A stretch of 64,000 nucleotides of DNA from the human T2T-CHM13v2.0 reference genome, Homo sapiens, in the NCBI RefSeq assembly GCF_009914755.1, contig NC_060934.1; one strand, 5' to 3'. Position numbers and translations under genes: made by a program. The notes beneath the pieces are model-generated. The model saw only the letters and a program-made list of their open reading frames with translations, did not search any database and had not been told where the DNA came from. Numbering within the stretch: the stretch's first letter is position 1; each line of letters begins with the position of its first letter. Shown here piece by piece: positions 1 through 15,278 of this stretch.

Positions 1-1789
1 CATATTTATTTCAGATACACAAAAAAGACAGGCTGAAGTCAGAAAAGAATTAGGGAGAATGGCGAAGTTTGAAGCAACCTCATCTATTGCCTAAGATTTT
101 GGGTGTGTTTTGGGAGGGAGGGTTTTGTATATGGTTTGGTTTATTCCTAGTTGATTAGTTTTCTATCAATTGAACTTTTTTATTTGGCACCTTTGTGTGT
201 AGAATGCACTGCGGGGTTCTATGAGTGAAATAAAGATGGTTAAGTTATTGACAAGGAATGAATGTATGAACTGATGGACATTGAATTCCTGGAAGGGACA
301 GGTATTGGGTCAAGGGCCTTCGCATTTCCTCTTTTCATCCGCCCAGCAGAGATTCCTTGTAAGGAATCTTAACAGATAAAGAAACAGAGGTTTACAGAGC
401 TTCTGGGCTCTCTCAGGTTTCCTAAGTGTGTACCTAGGATGGCGTCTGATCCCTGGCTGGTAGGGCTCTTGTGGACATGAGCTCCCCTGACTTGGGTGGA
501 ACCAGCGACTTCACTGCAGACTTCAGTGTGTGCATCTTGCCCTTGGGCTGCCCCTCACAGTGGAAGAAGCCCTCCCCTTGCACAGCTGGGCTGCTGAGCT
601 ACACCCACACCCAACGCCACAGGAGAGATGGAGAAAGGCAGGGGTGTGTGCCAATGAATGGATCACACACCCTCTTTCCCTCTGAGATTTTCCCAAGCTG
701 TTCAAATGATATTCTGATCCCTGACACCTTCCATCTCCTGCCTCAGTAATGACCAGCAGCCTCCCAGCAGCTCTGCTGCTTCTCAGCCGCGTTTCCCTGA
801 TCCAGCACTTTTTCCTTGGTGCATTATTTTCCCCTGATTTCGAAATTCCCCTTGGATGAGAATCAGACACTGAGCTCTACAAACTTCGCAAATTATGAAT
901 TATAAAAAAAAAAAAAAACATGCTCCTGTGACAACTTTTTTTTTCTTTCCCCATGAATTCTCCTAAAAAATGCAGTTTTCTCTTAACTCTGGCTTTTTCT
1001 TGAATTTCGTTTCTTAAAGCTGACTCTGTGTCCCCAGATTTTTTCTGCTTTCATGGGCTTGGAGCCTGCTGTGTGGCTCTGGCTTTGACAGTCCCAGATC
1101 CTGGGAAAGACTTGCATTATGTCCCGTCTGATTTTCAGTCCTAATAGTCCTAATGGGTCCTCCGCAATTTAGAACATTGAAGGTAAATGGAAAAAGAAAG
1201 AAGAAATGAGCCCGGCCTGCACTAGGGCTGCCCCAGCCAGGCTCTGTGTATAAACACTTTAATGTCCTGAGCAATAAAACCACAATAAAACCTTATGCCA
1301 CCGTGGAGAACCGTGGGTGCAACAGGCCAGCTCAAAAGTCAATCGATCCCAATTCTGCCCTGGGGTCTCCTTTGGGAGGGGCCACTCCCTGTCGCTGTGA
1401 CACAGATGCAGGGAAGATGAAGGTCCCAGAGGAGAGGTGACCCTTTAAACTCAGTCCTTCCCCCACATCCAAGCTAATGCAAGGAGCCAAAAGAGATTTC
1501 TTCCTTCTCTTCAGCCTGTCTCACTCCCAGCACTGGAGATGAGCATCAGGGAGGCAGTAAAAGAGTGGTGATTAAGAGGTAGCAAGAAGGGACACAGACC
1601 TTGGATTGCCCACCTGTGTGTTGAGAATTCACTAGGTGTGGGGACATGACACAGGTCGGGGGCAGATGACACTTGGAGAAAGGCCCAGAATCCTATCAAC
1701 TATCATGAACTGGAGTCTAGAAAGAGAAACCAGAAGCACATTGAAATTGGGGGAATGTAGGGGGCACCAGGAGACTGAGAGTTCAGGCA

Positions 1790-1975
1790 GCTTCTGCTCT
1801 CACTAGCTTGTGACCACCGCACATTTCTTAACCTCTCTGGGCCTCAGTTTCCACTTGTGTATAAGGGAGACTGCATCTACTGCTCAGGTTTGTTCTAAGG
1901 ACGACATGAAAGAACACGTGTTTAACACTGAGCTTGGTGAATAGTGACTGTTGGCAGGTCCTGGCTGCTATTTAT
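1790..1975 (+). mobile_element. MIR SINE fragment
   Basis: MIR core 'cttaacctctctgggcctcagtttccacttgtgtataaggg'; boundaries approximate. Confidence 0.65.
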
Positions 1976-2065
1976 TTTTTACTATCATTCATTTTGATGC
2001 AGGAGGGTTGAAGGTTACTGTGACAGCAGAGACAGCATTCAGGAGCCCTGCCTCGGGGCTGAGAT

Positions 2066-2235
2066 GGCTGTGTGTCTTCAGACAAGTGATTGAGCTCTCC
2101 AGGCCTCAGTTTTCTCTTCTGTGAAATGGGTATATCCATAATACTCCACAGGACTGCAGCAAAGATGAAATGAGGTGATGCTGTGAGTGCTCACAGTGGT
2201 CCTGACACACAGCAAAGGCTCTGTAAATATCAGCT
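2066..2235 (+). mobile_element. MIR SINE fragment
   Basis: 'gctgtgtgtcttcagacaagtgattgagctctccaggcctcagttttctcttctgtgaaatggg...gatgaaatgaggtgatgc' matches the MIR core and 3' part. Confidence 0.75.
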
Positions 2236-2534
2236 CCTAGGGTGGCTCTTTAACGATGCTCACAGGGTCTAAGTCAAGGAACAGCCTTAGAATTATAAAG
2301 GCAAGTGGATGCGAACACCAACGATTACCTGAGGACACATAGTGGGTAAGGAAGGGACCCTCTTTGTTTGAGTTGGTCGGGGGGGTGAGGTAGCCTTTGA
2401 AAAGGGACCCTATCATCCACCCCAGGTTCTGAAGGGTCATGTGTGCACTGCTCAGCGCCAGAGCTGGGCAGGGCCAGAAGTTGGGGGCACAGGTGTACAT
2501 TTGGACTGAATGTGAGGAAGAACTTGTTAACATT

Positions 2535-3750
<1,216 letters not shown>

Positions 3751-4199
3751 AGAGGAAGAGGGAGGGAGAGAGCCACCTGTCAGCAGAGGTGTTGGCAGGG
3801 ATGTGGGGGAGGGGAATTCCGACAGAGGCTGGGGGCTGGTCAGGCAGGTGTTGTTAGTGATAACAACTTGTTATTATCACTGCCCATGTGTCAAGGCTCA
3901 GCTCAGATCCCACCTCTGCCAAGAAACATTCCCAGATCTGCCCAGTTGGAATGATTGTTATCCATGGCCAGGGCACACCTCCATGGACATCATAATCTTC
4001 CTGATGACCAGTGAGTGGCCAGAAGGTACAGGAGAAAGAGCATTGCTGGGGATGCTGGGAGCTGTGGATTCCTCATCCCAGCAGGGCTGCGGTTCACTCC
4101 AGGCATGGTCCTTCCCTAATCTGGGCCTCAGTTTCATCAGGACAGTGGGAGAATTAGACTAGACTGGCTTCCAGCCAATTCACCTGGGGAGCTTTTTAA

Positions 4200-4658
<459 letters not shown>

Positions 4659-5869
4659 TAGGATCCCTCTGATCCAGACACTTGGTCACTGTATATCTCC
4701 TGCCCAAGGGGCAAACCCCTAGGAGATTGTATCTTCCTGGGGGTAGACATATTCCTCGTCAGCATGTAGCAGGCACTCAGAAAACATCTGTGGAATCCAG
4801 CAGATGAAGTTGTCTCCTTCTTAAGTCTCATTTTCTTATTTCTGAGTATGAAAATGCACGGCAGGGAAGGGACAATTTTGTAACCTCTAAACTGTGTGGA
4901 TTTGATCCATTTATAACACAAAGTTAATCTAGCCCAAATTAATCATCCTGAAGCTATTAGCCATTTAGAATGTCTCCCCAATGGGACGAGGGGTCGTGCA
5001 TTTACAACGTGTGGACTTTATGAATAATTGTTTCCTCTTCAATGCTGAGCTTGTATTTTCTTGATGAAAAATCCATGGTTTTTTCCCCACCTGATTTGAG
5101 GCTGCTGTTCATACTGGAAGCCTTCTCAGCCCTTGCTTTAATAACTCTGGCTTCTCTGACCTTTCATCTCTGCTCCTCTACCCATGCCCCTAGATTCGAT
5201 AGAAAAATCCAGAGTGTGTATCCAGCAAATGGCTTCCGGGGAAGTGAAGGGGGGCAGGCTTGTGGGCTCCCTGACTGCATTTTCTAGCACTTTCACTTTT
5301 AAAGGCTCCTAAACAAACAGCCAGCACCACTGGTCATTAGGGAGGCCTTTGACGGAGCTGGTGCATCAACCCAATTACTGGGGCGCATCCAGGCTTTACA
5401 CTGTAGGTTGGAGTCCACGGCACTTCAAGTGTAATCTGTGCTCTGGCAGCCTAAGAATTTGTTTTAGGCTTAATTGGCCCGAGGCTGGTACATGGTCCCC
5501 AGCTTTGTCCCCTAAAGCGACGCATGCTGCAATTCAGTCTGAGAGTGGATGAGCGGCTTCCACAAGGCCCCTTTACAGTGGGAATAAAGCTGCATCAAAA
5601 GCACTCAGCAGAGACCACCCGCCCACCATGCACCTCAGGCTTGCTGGGCAATGTGGCATGCCCGAGTACCTGAAATCACAAAAAATGTGATTCTCTTTCA
5701 TTCTCAGCTGTAACCATATGCTTTCCCATGATGTTTTTCTCCCATAAATCAGCCTCAAGAATAAAGCATGTGTACACAAACATTTCTTACCAGTCAGCCT
5801 TTCCTTTATTACTTTGTAGCAAAATAAATGAAAGAATTGTCCTCACCTCACTGCCTTGTTAGTGTTTAA

Positions 5870-6065
5870 GATGAGCCCTGGATGGGGGATCTCAAAGGAG
5901 GGTCTATGGCCCTGGCTCTGCTCCCTGTGACCTTGGGGTTGACATTGAACCTCTTCCAGCCTCAATTTGTGCATGAGAATAATGGGAATGCTACTCCCTC
6001 TCCAGACTATCTCACTGGGTAATTTTAAAAATTGAGTGAAAGCATCTCTGAGAAGTGCAAAATTA
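5870..6065 (+). mobile_element. MIR fragment
   Basis: 'ctgtgaccttggggttgacattgaacctcttccagcctcaatttgtgcatgagaataatggg'. Confidence 0.6.
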
Positions 6066-6990
6066 TTCAAATTCATAGTGTTCCTAGTTTCACGACTTGA
6101 ACTAGGTGTTTTTTTTCCCCGCCTTTAAATCTTTGGTGGGCGATTTTTCATCCACTACGGGACGTTTTTCAGAGCTGGTGTATCTGGCAACAGAAGTACA
6201 GCTCACCTTCCTCATCTGTCACCATTTGTCACATTTTCTAAAGAAGATCTCTGCAGATCATATGCCAATTTGTTGGGGGCAGCTATCCATCAAGGCAGAA
6301 CCCGGATCATTCATCTACAGACCTGGCTGCTGCCGCCGACACAAAGCAGATGCTGCCCTGAAGGGCTAAGAAATGACAGAAACAGCTCCTCTGAGAGTGA
6401 GCCATAGCACCCTGTGACTTGTGATGTGTGTTCCAAGAAGAAATTGCAAAAAGAAGGCACATTTGAAATTATTGCAAACCTCCACTCTGGTTCTATGTAT
6501 TTCTTGCCCAAATCTAACACCCAAGAAGGAAAGAAAGGTCTCCACAGACTCTGGTCCCATTCCCAGATATCTTATAGTGCCAACATTATAGTTCCTATCT
6601 GGCTCACAGAATTTATGGAAAGCTCAGGTAAGGCTTAGTGTGACCACTCAAACCTTGGGGAATTACACATCATTTGTGCAGTGAATATTTGAGCATGTGC
6701 TCCGCTCTGAGAGTATGATGGTGAACAAGCAAGACAGAACCTTTGTTCCAGGGATCTGACAGCCTCGGGGAGAGGACAAATGGCAGATAGCCATCACTGC
6801 AGAATGTGACAAGGAGATGTATAGGGGCTTTAGGAGCACCTAGGAGGAGGCAACTAACCTGGTTATGAAGAATTGAATAAGTTGATGAAATACTAACCAG
6901 GGCTGGGTGGCTGTGGGGGTAGAGGAGGGTTCAAGATAGAGGGGAGCAGGTGTAAGACTCAAAGTGAAGGCAGAGCCTGCTGCTTGAGAG

Positions 6991-7135
6991 CAGTGCTTCT
7001 CAAAGGGCAATTCCCAGACCAGCATCACAAGCAAATCAAATTCAGCAAACCAGAAGCTCTAAGGGTAGGGCCCAGCAGTTGGTTTGAGCAAGCCCTCAAG
7101 TGATTCTGATTCCCACCTTAGTCTGAGAACCTCTG
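6991..7135. mobile_element. MER5A-like hAT-Charlie MITE
   Basis: Termini cagtgcttctcaa ... tgagaacctctg; internal 'caagccctcaagtgattctgat'. Confidence 0.75.
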
Positions 7136-9424
7136 TATTAGAGAAAGTTAGCGAAGAGGTCAGCCCATCTGAGCATCTTTCCTTCTGGAAGAGACATTCC
7201 CTCTATCCTGGCCACTGTAACAGGGCCCCTTCTTGTACTTTGGATTCCCATTTTTTTTCTCAAACTGCTTCCCTTCTCTGCTATGTTCAACTGTGATGCT
7301 TTGTTCTTAGCTCTTGGCCAGGGGTAGTGCTCAGCCTCCTGACCTCCATACTCCCCCTACTCCAAAGAACTGCAAAGAGAAATAGACACATCCACAGTTA
7401 TTGGCAGAGATTTCATCAACCCTCTCTCAATAATTGTTAGAAGAAGGAAAAAATCCAGAAAATTAATGAAGATATAAAAGACAACAATATCATCCAACTT
7501 GACCCAGTTGACATTTATAGGACAGTTGAGCCTAAAATAGGAATATACAAATTATTTTCAAATATGCATGGAACATTTACCAAGATAGATTACATTCTGG
7601 GTTACAAAACAAGTCTCAATAAATACAAAATGATTCAAGCCACACAAAGTATTTCTCTGATCACAATGGAATTAAATTAGAAATTGATTATAAAAAGAAA
7701 TTTGGAAAATTCCCAAATATTTGGAAACTAATACACCTCTAAATATCATACAGATCAAAGAAGAAATCAAATAGAAGCTAGAAAATACTTTGAACAGAAT
7801 AAAAATGCAAACAAAATCTGTGGAATGCAACTAAAGCATTATTGAGAGGGACATTTGTAGCATGAAATACATAAAAAAAGAGAAAAGTCTAAAATAAATG
7901 AGCTCAGTTTCCACCTTAAGAAACTAGAAAAATAACAGCAAACTGAACAAAAAATAAGCAGAAGAAATGAAATAATAAAGATCAGAGTGGAAATCAATGA
8001 GATAGGAAACAGATAAACAATAAAGCCAATAAAATAAAAATCTAGTTATTTGAGATCATCAATAAAATGAATATACTTCCAGCTGGACTATTTAGGTAAA
8101 AGAGGGAGAGAGAGAGAGAGAGAACACAAATTACCAATATTGGGAATGAGAGAGATGATATCACCACAGATCCTACAAGATACTGCAAAGATAAGTAAGA
8201 GAATATTAAGAACAAATTTATGCCAATAAATGTAAAACCTTGGATGAACAGAAAAATTTCTTGAAAGACACAAACTACCAATGCTCACTCAAGAAGAAAT
8301 AGATATTTCAAATAGTCCTATATCTATTAAATAAATTAAAGTTATTGTAATAAAAAATCAAAAGCTTCAGGCCCAGATGGCTTCACTAGTGAATTATAAC
8401 TGAACATTTAAGGAACAAATGGTATTAATTCTACGCAAACTCTTCCAGGTAGTAAAAGAGGAGGAACTACTTACCAAATCATTGTGTAAGACCACCGTTA
8501 CTCTGATACCAAAATTAGACAAAGACATTGCCAGCAAACTACTGACCAATATCCCTCATGAACATGTAAGTAAAAGCTCTTAACAAAACTTTAACAAATA
8601 GAATTAAACAATATATCAAAAGAATAATACATCAAAGCAAGTGGGATTTATACTAGGAATACAAGATAGGTTTAACATTTGAAAATCAATTTAATTCATC
8701 ATATTAACAGACTTAAAAAGAAAACTAATCCTCTCAGTGGATGCAAGAAAAGAGAAATGTGTCAAAATCCAGTATTCTTACTAAAAGATGTCAACGAACT
8801 AAGAATAACAGGCATCTACAAAAAACCTGTAGGTAACATCACACTAAATGGTGAACAGAATGTTTTACCCCTAACACCTCAACAAGGCAAAGATGGCTGA
8901 TCTAATTACTTTTACTCAACATTATACTGGAAGTTCTAGCCAGTGCAATAACACAAGACAGGTAGAATATAAAAGGTATTCAGATTAGAAATGAAGCACT
9001 GAAACTGTCTTTATTCACAGTAGATATGATTATCTCCTTAAGAAATCTACCAAAATAAAAACAAAAAATCCTGCTAGAATTAATAAGTAAGTATAGCAAG
9101 TTTGCAAGAGGCAAGGTCAATATAAAGTATTGATTACATTTTTATTACTAGGAACAAATCATTAAAATTACAATAAAAATACCACTTACAACACCATCAA
9201 AACATGAAACACTTAGGGATAAATCTTACCAAAAGATGTGTGAGACCTGTATACTGAAAATATAAACATCGATGGGACAAATTAAAGAAATCCTAAATAA
9301 ATGGAGAATGATACTTTGTTAACGAATCAGATGACTCAATGTCATTAAGAAGTCAATGCTCCCCAAATTGAAACAAGATTCAAAGCAATCTTAATCAAAA
9401 TCTTAGCAGGCTTTTTTTTTTAAT

Positions 9425-10421
9425 TGAGTGGGCAGAATAGCTCCTCAACAATGCCCATATCCCTGGATGAATATGTTATGTTGCATGCCAATGGGGATTT
9501 TTTACATGTAATTAAGGTTATGGGACTTAACATAGGGAAGTTATCACGGATTATTCAGGTAGACCTCTTGCCAGTGGAGGGTGTCCAGGTTCTTGACGTC
9601 TTGAACAAAGAATTGGGAAAAATGCACAAACAAAGCAAAGAAAGAATTAAGCAACAAAAGCAGAGATTCATTGAAAATGAAAGTCCACTCCACAGGGTGG
9701 GAGCAGGCCTGAGCACAGGGGCTCAAGAGCCCCGTTACAGAATTTTTGGGGGTTTAGACATCCTCTACGGTTTCCATTGGTTACATGGTGTATGCCTTAT
9801 GTAAATGAAGAGGATGAAGTAAAGTTACAAAGTCATTTACTTGGCAGACACCCTATATAAACGGAGATGATATTTCCTGTTATTGCTGAAGTGTTTCCAT
9901 TTGATTTAGTTCTAGGAAGTTCTTATATTCCATGTCTCCAAACCCTCTTCTCCAGCTGCAGGCCCATCTAAGCTAATCACATGTGTTCTTAAGAGGAAAT
10001 GACTGTCTTGAACTGAAAGAAGAGGCAGCAGTAGAAAGAGGTGGCAAAAGGAAAAGTCAGAGAGATTCCAGACATAAGAAAGCTTCAATGTACTGTTGCT
10101 GGCTCTGAGATGTAGAGGCCCATGTGGAAAGAATGAGAGAGGCATAAAGAAGCTAAGGGCAGCCTCCAGATGACAGCCAACAAGCCAATGGGGAGCTTTG
10201 TCCTAATGCAAGGAACTGGATTCCACCAGCAGCTTGCATGATCTTAGAAGCAGAGCATTCCCTAGAGCCTCCAGCAAGTAACACAGCCTGGCTGACACTT
10301 TGATTTTAGCCCAGTAAGATGCATGTCAAGCTTTGGCAGAACTGTGAGATAATAAACTTATGTTGTTGTAAGCTGCTGAGTTTGTGGTAATTTGTTATAG
10401 AAACAATAGAAAACTAATACA
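9425..10421 (+). mobile_element. MLT1-family MaLR solo LTR (interrupted by an ERV1 LTR)
   Basis: Starts tgagtgggcagaat and ends with the MaLR terminus 'ttgtggtaatttgttatag...aaactaataca'; host L1 resumes on both sides. Confidence 0.85.
9566..9960 (-). mobile_element. ERV1 solo LTR, MER51-like
   Basis: 'gagggtgtccaggttcttgacgtcttgaacaaagaattgg...ctccaaaccctcttctcc'; inserted in MLT1 with a degenerate 4-bp TSD gacc/ggcc. Confidence 0.7.
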
Positions 10422-11209
10422 ATTGGCAAGCTGATTCTAAAATACACATGGAAATCCAAACGACCTTAGAATTGGAAAAAGGAAAAAACAAAACCCTAAA
10501 AAATAACAAAGAAGACATATACTGTCTGTGTTCAAGACTTCACCAAGATGGTATGGTATTGATGTAAAGATAGATAAATGGATTGATGAAACAGAAAAAG
10601 GAGTCCAGGAAAAGACCCACATATATATGGTCAATTGATTTGTGATAAAGATACAAAGGCAATTCAGTGGAAAAAGAATAGTCTTTTTAACAAATGTTGG
10701 AGAAACCATTTGATAGGCCCTTCCAAAAAATAAACTTTGATCCCTACCTCACACTATATAAAAAAATTAACTCGTGTTGGGTCACAGACCAAACTGTAAA
10801 GCCTGAAACTATAAAACTTCCAGAATGAAATGCAGAAGCAAATAGTTGTTACTTTGGTTAGACAGAGTTATATGGATCACTGAAAAGATGAGCCATAAAA
10901 GCAAAAATTGATAAGTAAGACTTCATAAAAATTAAGAACTACTGCTCTTCAAAAGACACTGTAAAGAGAATGAACAGACAAGTCATAGAGTAGTAGAAAA
11001 TAGTATATCTGTGTTAAAGGACTTTCATCCAGAATATATAAAGTCATGTTAAAACTCAATACAAAAAGCAAATAACCCAATTAAAAGGGCAAAAGACTTA
11101 AACGGACGCTTCACCAAAGATGACATACAGAGGGCAGATAAAGATTAAAAGATGGTCAACATTATTAGTCAATAGGAAAATGCAAATTGAGCCTCAGTGA
11201 GATCCCACT

Positions 11210-11604
11210 TGTATTACTCCATTTTCACACTGTTATAAAGAATACCTGAGACTGGGTCATTTATAAAGAAAAGAGATTTAATTGACTCATAGTTCCACAG
11301 GCTTAACAGGAAGCATAGCTAAGAGGCCTCAGAAAACTTACAATCATGGCAGAAGGAGAAGGGGAAGCAAGCACGTCTTACATGGCAGCAGGTGAGAGAG
11401 AGAGAGAGAGCGAGCAAGCAAGCACAGGGGAAACTGTACTTTATAAAACCATCAGATCTCATGAGAAAAGCATCCAGAAAACCGCTCCCATGATCCTATC
11501 ACCTCCCACCAGGTCCCTCCCTTGTTCCCTTGATATGTAGGGATTACAATTGAGATTACAATTCAAGTTGAGATTTGGGTGGGACACAGAGCCAAACCAT
11601 ATCA
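11210..11604 (-). mobile_element. THE1D-like MaLR solo LTR
   Basis: tgtatta...ccaaaccatatca termini; perfect 5-bp TSD ccact at 11205-11209 and 11605-11609. Confidence 0.9.
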
Positions 11605-12169
11605 CCACTGCACACCTACTGAAAAGGCCTAAATTTAAAAGATCACCCAATGCAAGTGTTGGTAAGGATGTGGAGCAATTGGAACTTTCATGCCTTGATG
11701 GAAATGTTAAATGATGCAATCACTTAAAAAATAGTTTGACTATTTCTGAAAATGTGAAACATACACCTATCATGTGATCCAGCTACTCCACTCATAGCTA
11801 TTTACCTCAGAGAAGTGAAAGCACATGTCCACAGGAAGACTTGTACATGCACATTCATAGCAGCTCTATTTATAATAAACACTAGAAATAACCCAAATGG
11901 CCTTCAACGGTGAATGCATGAAGAAATTGTGATATAGTTATATAATGGAAAACTACTCAACAATAAAAAGGAATGGGTAAACCCAAGAGCATGCACGCAC
12001 CTCAAAATAAGTACACTGAGTGAAAGAAGACAAGAAAGTACATACTGTATGATTCCGCTTATTTAAAATTCTTGGAAATGCAAACTAACCTATAGTGACA
12101 AGGTAGATCAGCAGTTGCCTGGGAATGGGGGTTGAGGGGCTGAAGGGTGGAATTTCATAAGGACACAAA

Positions 12170-12730
12170 TAACGGTTCCTTAATTCCATGTCTGGATATA
12201 GGCCTAAAATAATTGAAAGCACGGTTGCAAACATGTATTTGTATAGCCATCTTCACAGAAGCATTATTTACAGTAGTCAAATGGTGGAAGCAGCCCAAAT
12301 ATCCGTTGACAGGTGAATGGATAAAGAAAATGTGGTATATACATAAGATGAAATATTACTCAGCCATAAAAAGGAAGGACATTCTGACACATACTAAAAC
12401 ATGAATAAACCCTGAAGACGTTATACTAAGTGAAACAAGCCAGTCACAAAAGGTCAAATATTGTATGCTTCTATGTATATGAAGTATGTATGGTAGTCAA
12501 GCTCATAGTGACAGAAGGTAGAATGGTGATTACTGGAGGCTAGAGGGGAGTAGGATGGAAGTTACTGTTTAATGGGAACCGAGTTTCCATTTTGGAAGAT
12601 GAAAAAGTTCTGGAGACGGATGGCAGCAGTTATTGCACAACAGTGTGAATGTACTTAATGTCACTGAACTAGACACTGAAAAATGGTTAAGATGGTAAAT
12701 ATTATACAAATTTTATCACAATTTGTAAAA
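12170..12730 (+). mobile_element. L1MB-type 3' fragment nested in the older L1 3' UTR
   Basis: ORF2 C-terminal remnant 'WKQPKYPLTGEWIKKMWYIH' plus L1MB 3' UTR 'gatgaaaaagttctggagacggatgg'; TSD-like gg(a/g)cacaa. Confidence 0.85.
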
Positions 12731-12844
12731 TGGGCACAAGGAAACTTATGGGGAAATTGTTCACTATCTTGATTATGGTGATAATTTCATGGCTGTATAC
12801 AAATGTCAAAACATCGATTTGTACACTTTAAACATGTACAGTTT

Positions 12845-13165
12845 GGTTGGGCATGGTGGCTTACACCTATAATCTCAGCCCTTTGGGATGCTGAGGTGGG
12901 TGAATGACTTGAGCGCAGGAGTTCAAGACCAGCCTGGGCGACGTGGCAAAACCCTATCTCTACTAAAAATACAAAAAATATCTCTACTAAAAAAAAAGAA
13001 AAAACCAGGGTGTGGTTGGGTGCCCCAGTAGTCCAAGCTACTCAGAAGGCTAGGATGGGAGAATCACCTGAGCCTGGGAAGTCAAGGCTGCAGTGAACTG
13101 TGATCATGCCACCCCACTGCAGCCTGGGAAAAGGAAGTGGGGCCCTGTCTTAAAAAAAATAAAAA
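12845..13165 (+). mobile_element. AluJ-type element
   Basis: Alu dimer with TSD gtacagttt and an internal 24-bp-period duplication in the linker. Confidence 0.92.
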
Positions 13166-13771
13166 GTACAGTTTATATGTTAATTATATCTCAAAGCTGT
13201 TTAGAAACATTTAATAAAAAGAATACTTGAATACATAATGTAAAGACAGGAATTCTTATGAAGTCCTCATGTATTTTTTTATGAGTTTGAAAAAATTATC
13301 TTAAAGTTCACCTGGAAGAATAAACAAATGGGCATAGCCCTCCCCAACTTGCAAACTGCCTCACAAATATGCCATTCCCTTTGCCACAGAAAGAAGCCTG
13401 GTACAAACTTTTGTCAAGGAGTACATTCACTAATTCATTCTTTCCATCTTTCCCTTAACATGTGAGATCCCACCATAGCCCATGGCCTATTGCATTGGGT
13501 GGCAGAGCACCAAAGAGGAAGAGCACCAGGTTACGGTTGTCTGATTCCCAGTCTAGGGGGAGACAGCTTGGAAAACCATCATGCAAAGTACTCGTGAGAA
13601 AAGTAGGCACAGAATCCCTTCCAGGCCTTGTAAGGCTGTTTATGGTAACTTATCAGTTGAATTCCTAGAAATCTACAGATGTCAAAGGACAAGAGGTGAG
13701 AGAAGGGTTTTTTGGAAACGTGGACCGAAGCATGGAGATGGGACAACAGAGAGTAGTTTGTGGAAAGGCCC

Positions 13772-14222
13772 TATGTTGGTTTCCTTGGGCATGCCATGAC
13801 ATAAACTAACTGACTTGAAATAGTAGCAATTTAGCCTAGAACACTAGTCTCATAGTTCTGGAATTTAGATGTGCAAAATCAAGGTGTTGGCAGGGCTGTA
13901 ATCTCTCTGAAGCCTGTGGGGGAGGATTCTTTCTCGCTTATTCTAGCTTCTGGTGGTTTTCAGCAGTCCTTAGTGTTCTTTGGCTTGTGGAAGCATAACT
14001 TTGACTTCTGCCCCCATTTGCACACAGTGTTTCCCTCTGTGTGTATCTGTGTCTCCACATGGCTTTTGTATAAAGACACCAGTCTTTGGATTAAGACCCA
14101 CTGTAATCCAGTGTGACCTCATCTTAACTAATTACATTTTCAAAGACCTATTTTCAAATAAGGGAACATTCTGAGGTTCTAGGTAGAAACAAATTTTGGG
14201 GGGATACAATTTAACCCAATCC
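13772..14222 (-). mobile_element. MLT1B/C-like MaLR LTR
   Basis: 'aaatcaaggtgttggcagggct', 'tgacctcatcttaactaattacat', 'gggggatacaatttaaccc'. Confidence 0.85.
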
Positions 14223-15278
14223 AAGTTCTGTAAAATATGCATCAAGAAAACAGGAGTATAGCAAGTAATAAGGCTGAAAGTTGAATTTAGTGCTATATCA
14301 TGCTGATCCATGGGCCAAAGTTGTGTAATTATTCTAAAGGCTATCAGTTGCCTTTTCATCTTTCTGAGCAGAGGGCAGAGGGAGTTAAATCAGTACCTTT
14401 AGAAATTGTGTGATATCCACACGGTAGACCAATTCAGAGGAAAGAGACTGTACAAAGCACCTGGGATCTGGAGCTAATATAATTATCCTCCTTATACTCA
14501 AGGAGGCAGATCCCACAGGTAGGGGCAGGAGCAAGACTGAATTATGAGAAAGGGCACTGGTTGGATAACTGGTTGGTTGTGGTAGAATAAAGGAAAGGCA
14601 GAATTGAAGGTAAACCTGAGGTTTGCATCCTGGTTACAGGATGAATACTGATGATATTAACCAACAGAGTTGGTAGGCAGGAGGAGCAACTAATTGCTTT
14701 AGGGGCTCAGGGCTCAGAAGGCTGGAGTCAAATTTGGTTGTAAAAATTGAATCTTGCCTAGCATGAGTCATGTGGAACAACCCAATAAGTAAGCAATTGT
14801 AGAGGTCAGGGAACAACAGTTCTCCTGAATGCCTACCCAGGGCTTTGCTCATGGCACTCCACCACACTGGGATTCCCATGGGCAGCTGGATACAGGGAGT
14901 TGGAGCTCAGGAAAGAAACAGATTAAAAATGTAGATTTGGGGGGGATATCTTGGCTGACCAGGTGGAAACTTGGATGAATGTAGGGAAGAAACTGCTTCT
15001 TTCTAAGGCTGTCTCTTCCCCTCAAATTTTGTTGTCTCTGATTGGGCTGCAAACCTGTTCTTGAACCAGTCAATAGCAAAGGGAATGAATTAGCTTGACT
15101 TCCTTGGACCAATCATCTGGAAGGGGGATTGAGGCAGGGATGGAACAAATGTCTGGAAGCCAACCAATCTACCCAGAGCATGTATGTGCTGATGAATCTG
15201 GTGGGTCACAAAGAGAAAGCACAGAGATCTTCACTCTGATTTAAATACAGAATGATTTTTGTACACTCAGTTTTAGGC

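Larger units (their letters stand above)
7365..13205 (+). mobile_element. Old L1M (L1MC/L1MD-like) ORF2 plus 3' UTR, interrupted by five younger insertions
   Basis: A-rich L1 ORF2 DNA from the endonuclease region through RT ('KINLIHHINRLKKK' remnant at 8679-8900) to 3' UTR 'cactatcttgattatggtgat...tgtacactttaaa'; multiple stops and frameshifts. Confidence 0.9.

Noticed and set aside
895-960. Adjacent A-tract and T-tract resembling a hairpin or a retrocopy tail
   Set aside because: No convincing TSD or recognisable upstream body; mononucleotide runs are common.
3811-3820. NF-kB consensus GGGGAATTCC
   Set aside because: Single isolated motif, expected by chance in 64 kb.
12121-12147. Four G-runs fitting a G-quadruplex pattern
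   Set aside because: Lies in the ordinary G-rich tract of an L1 3' UTR.
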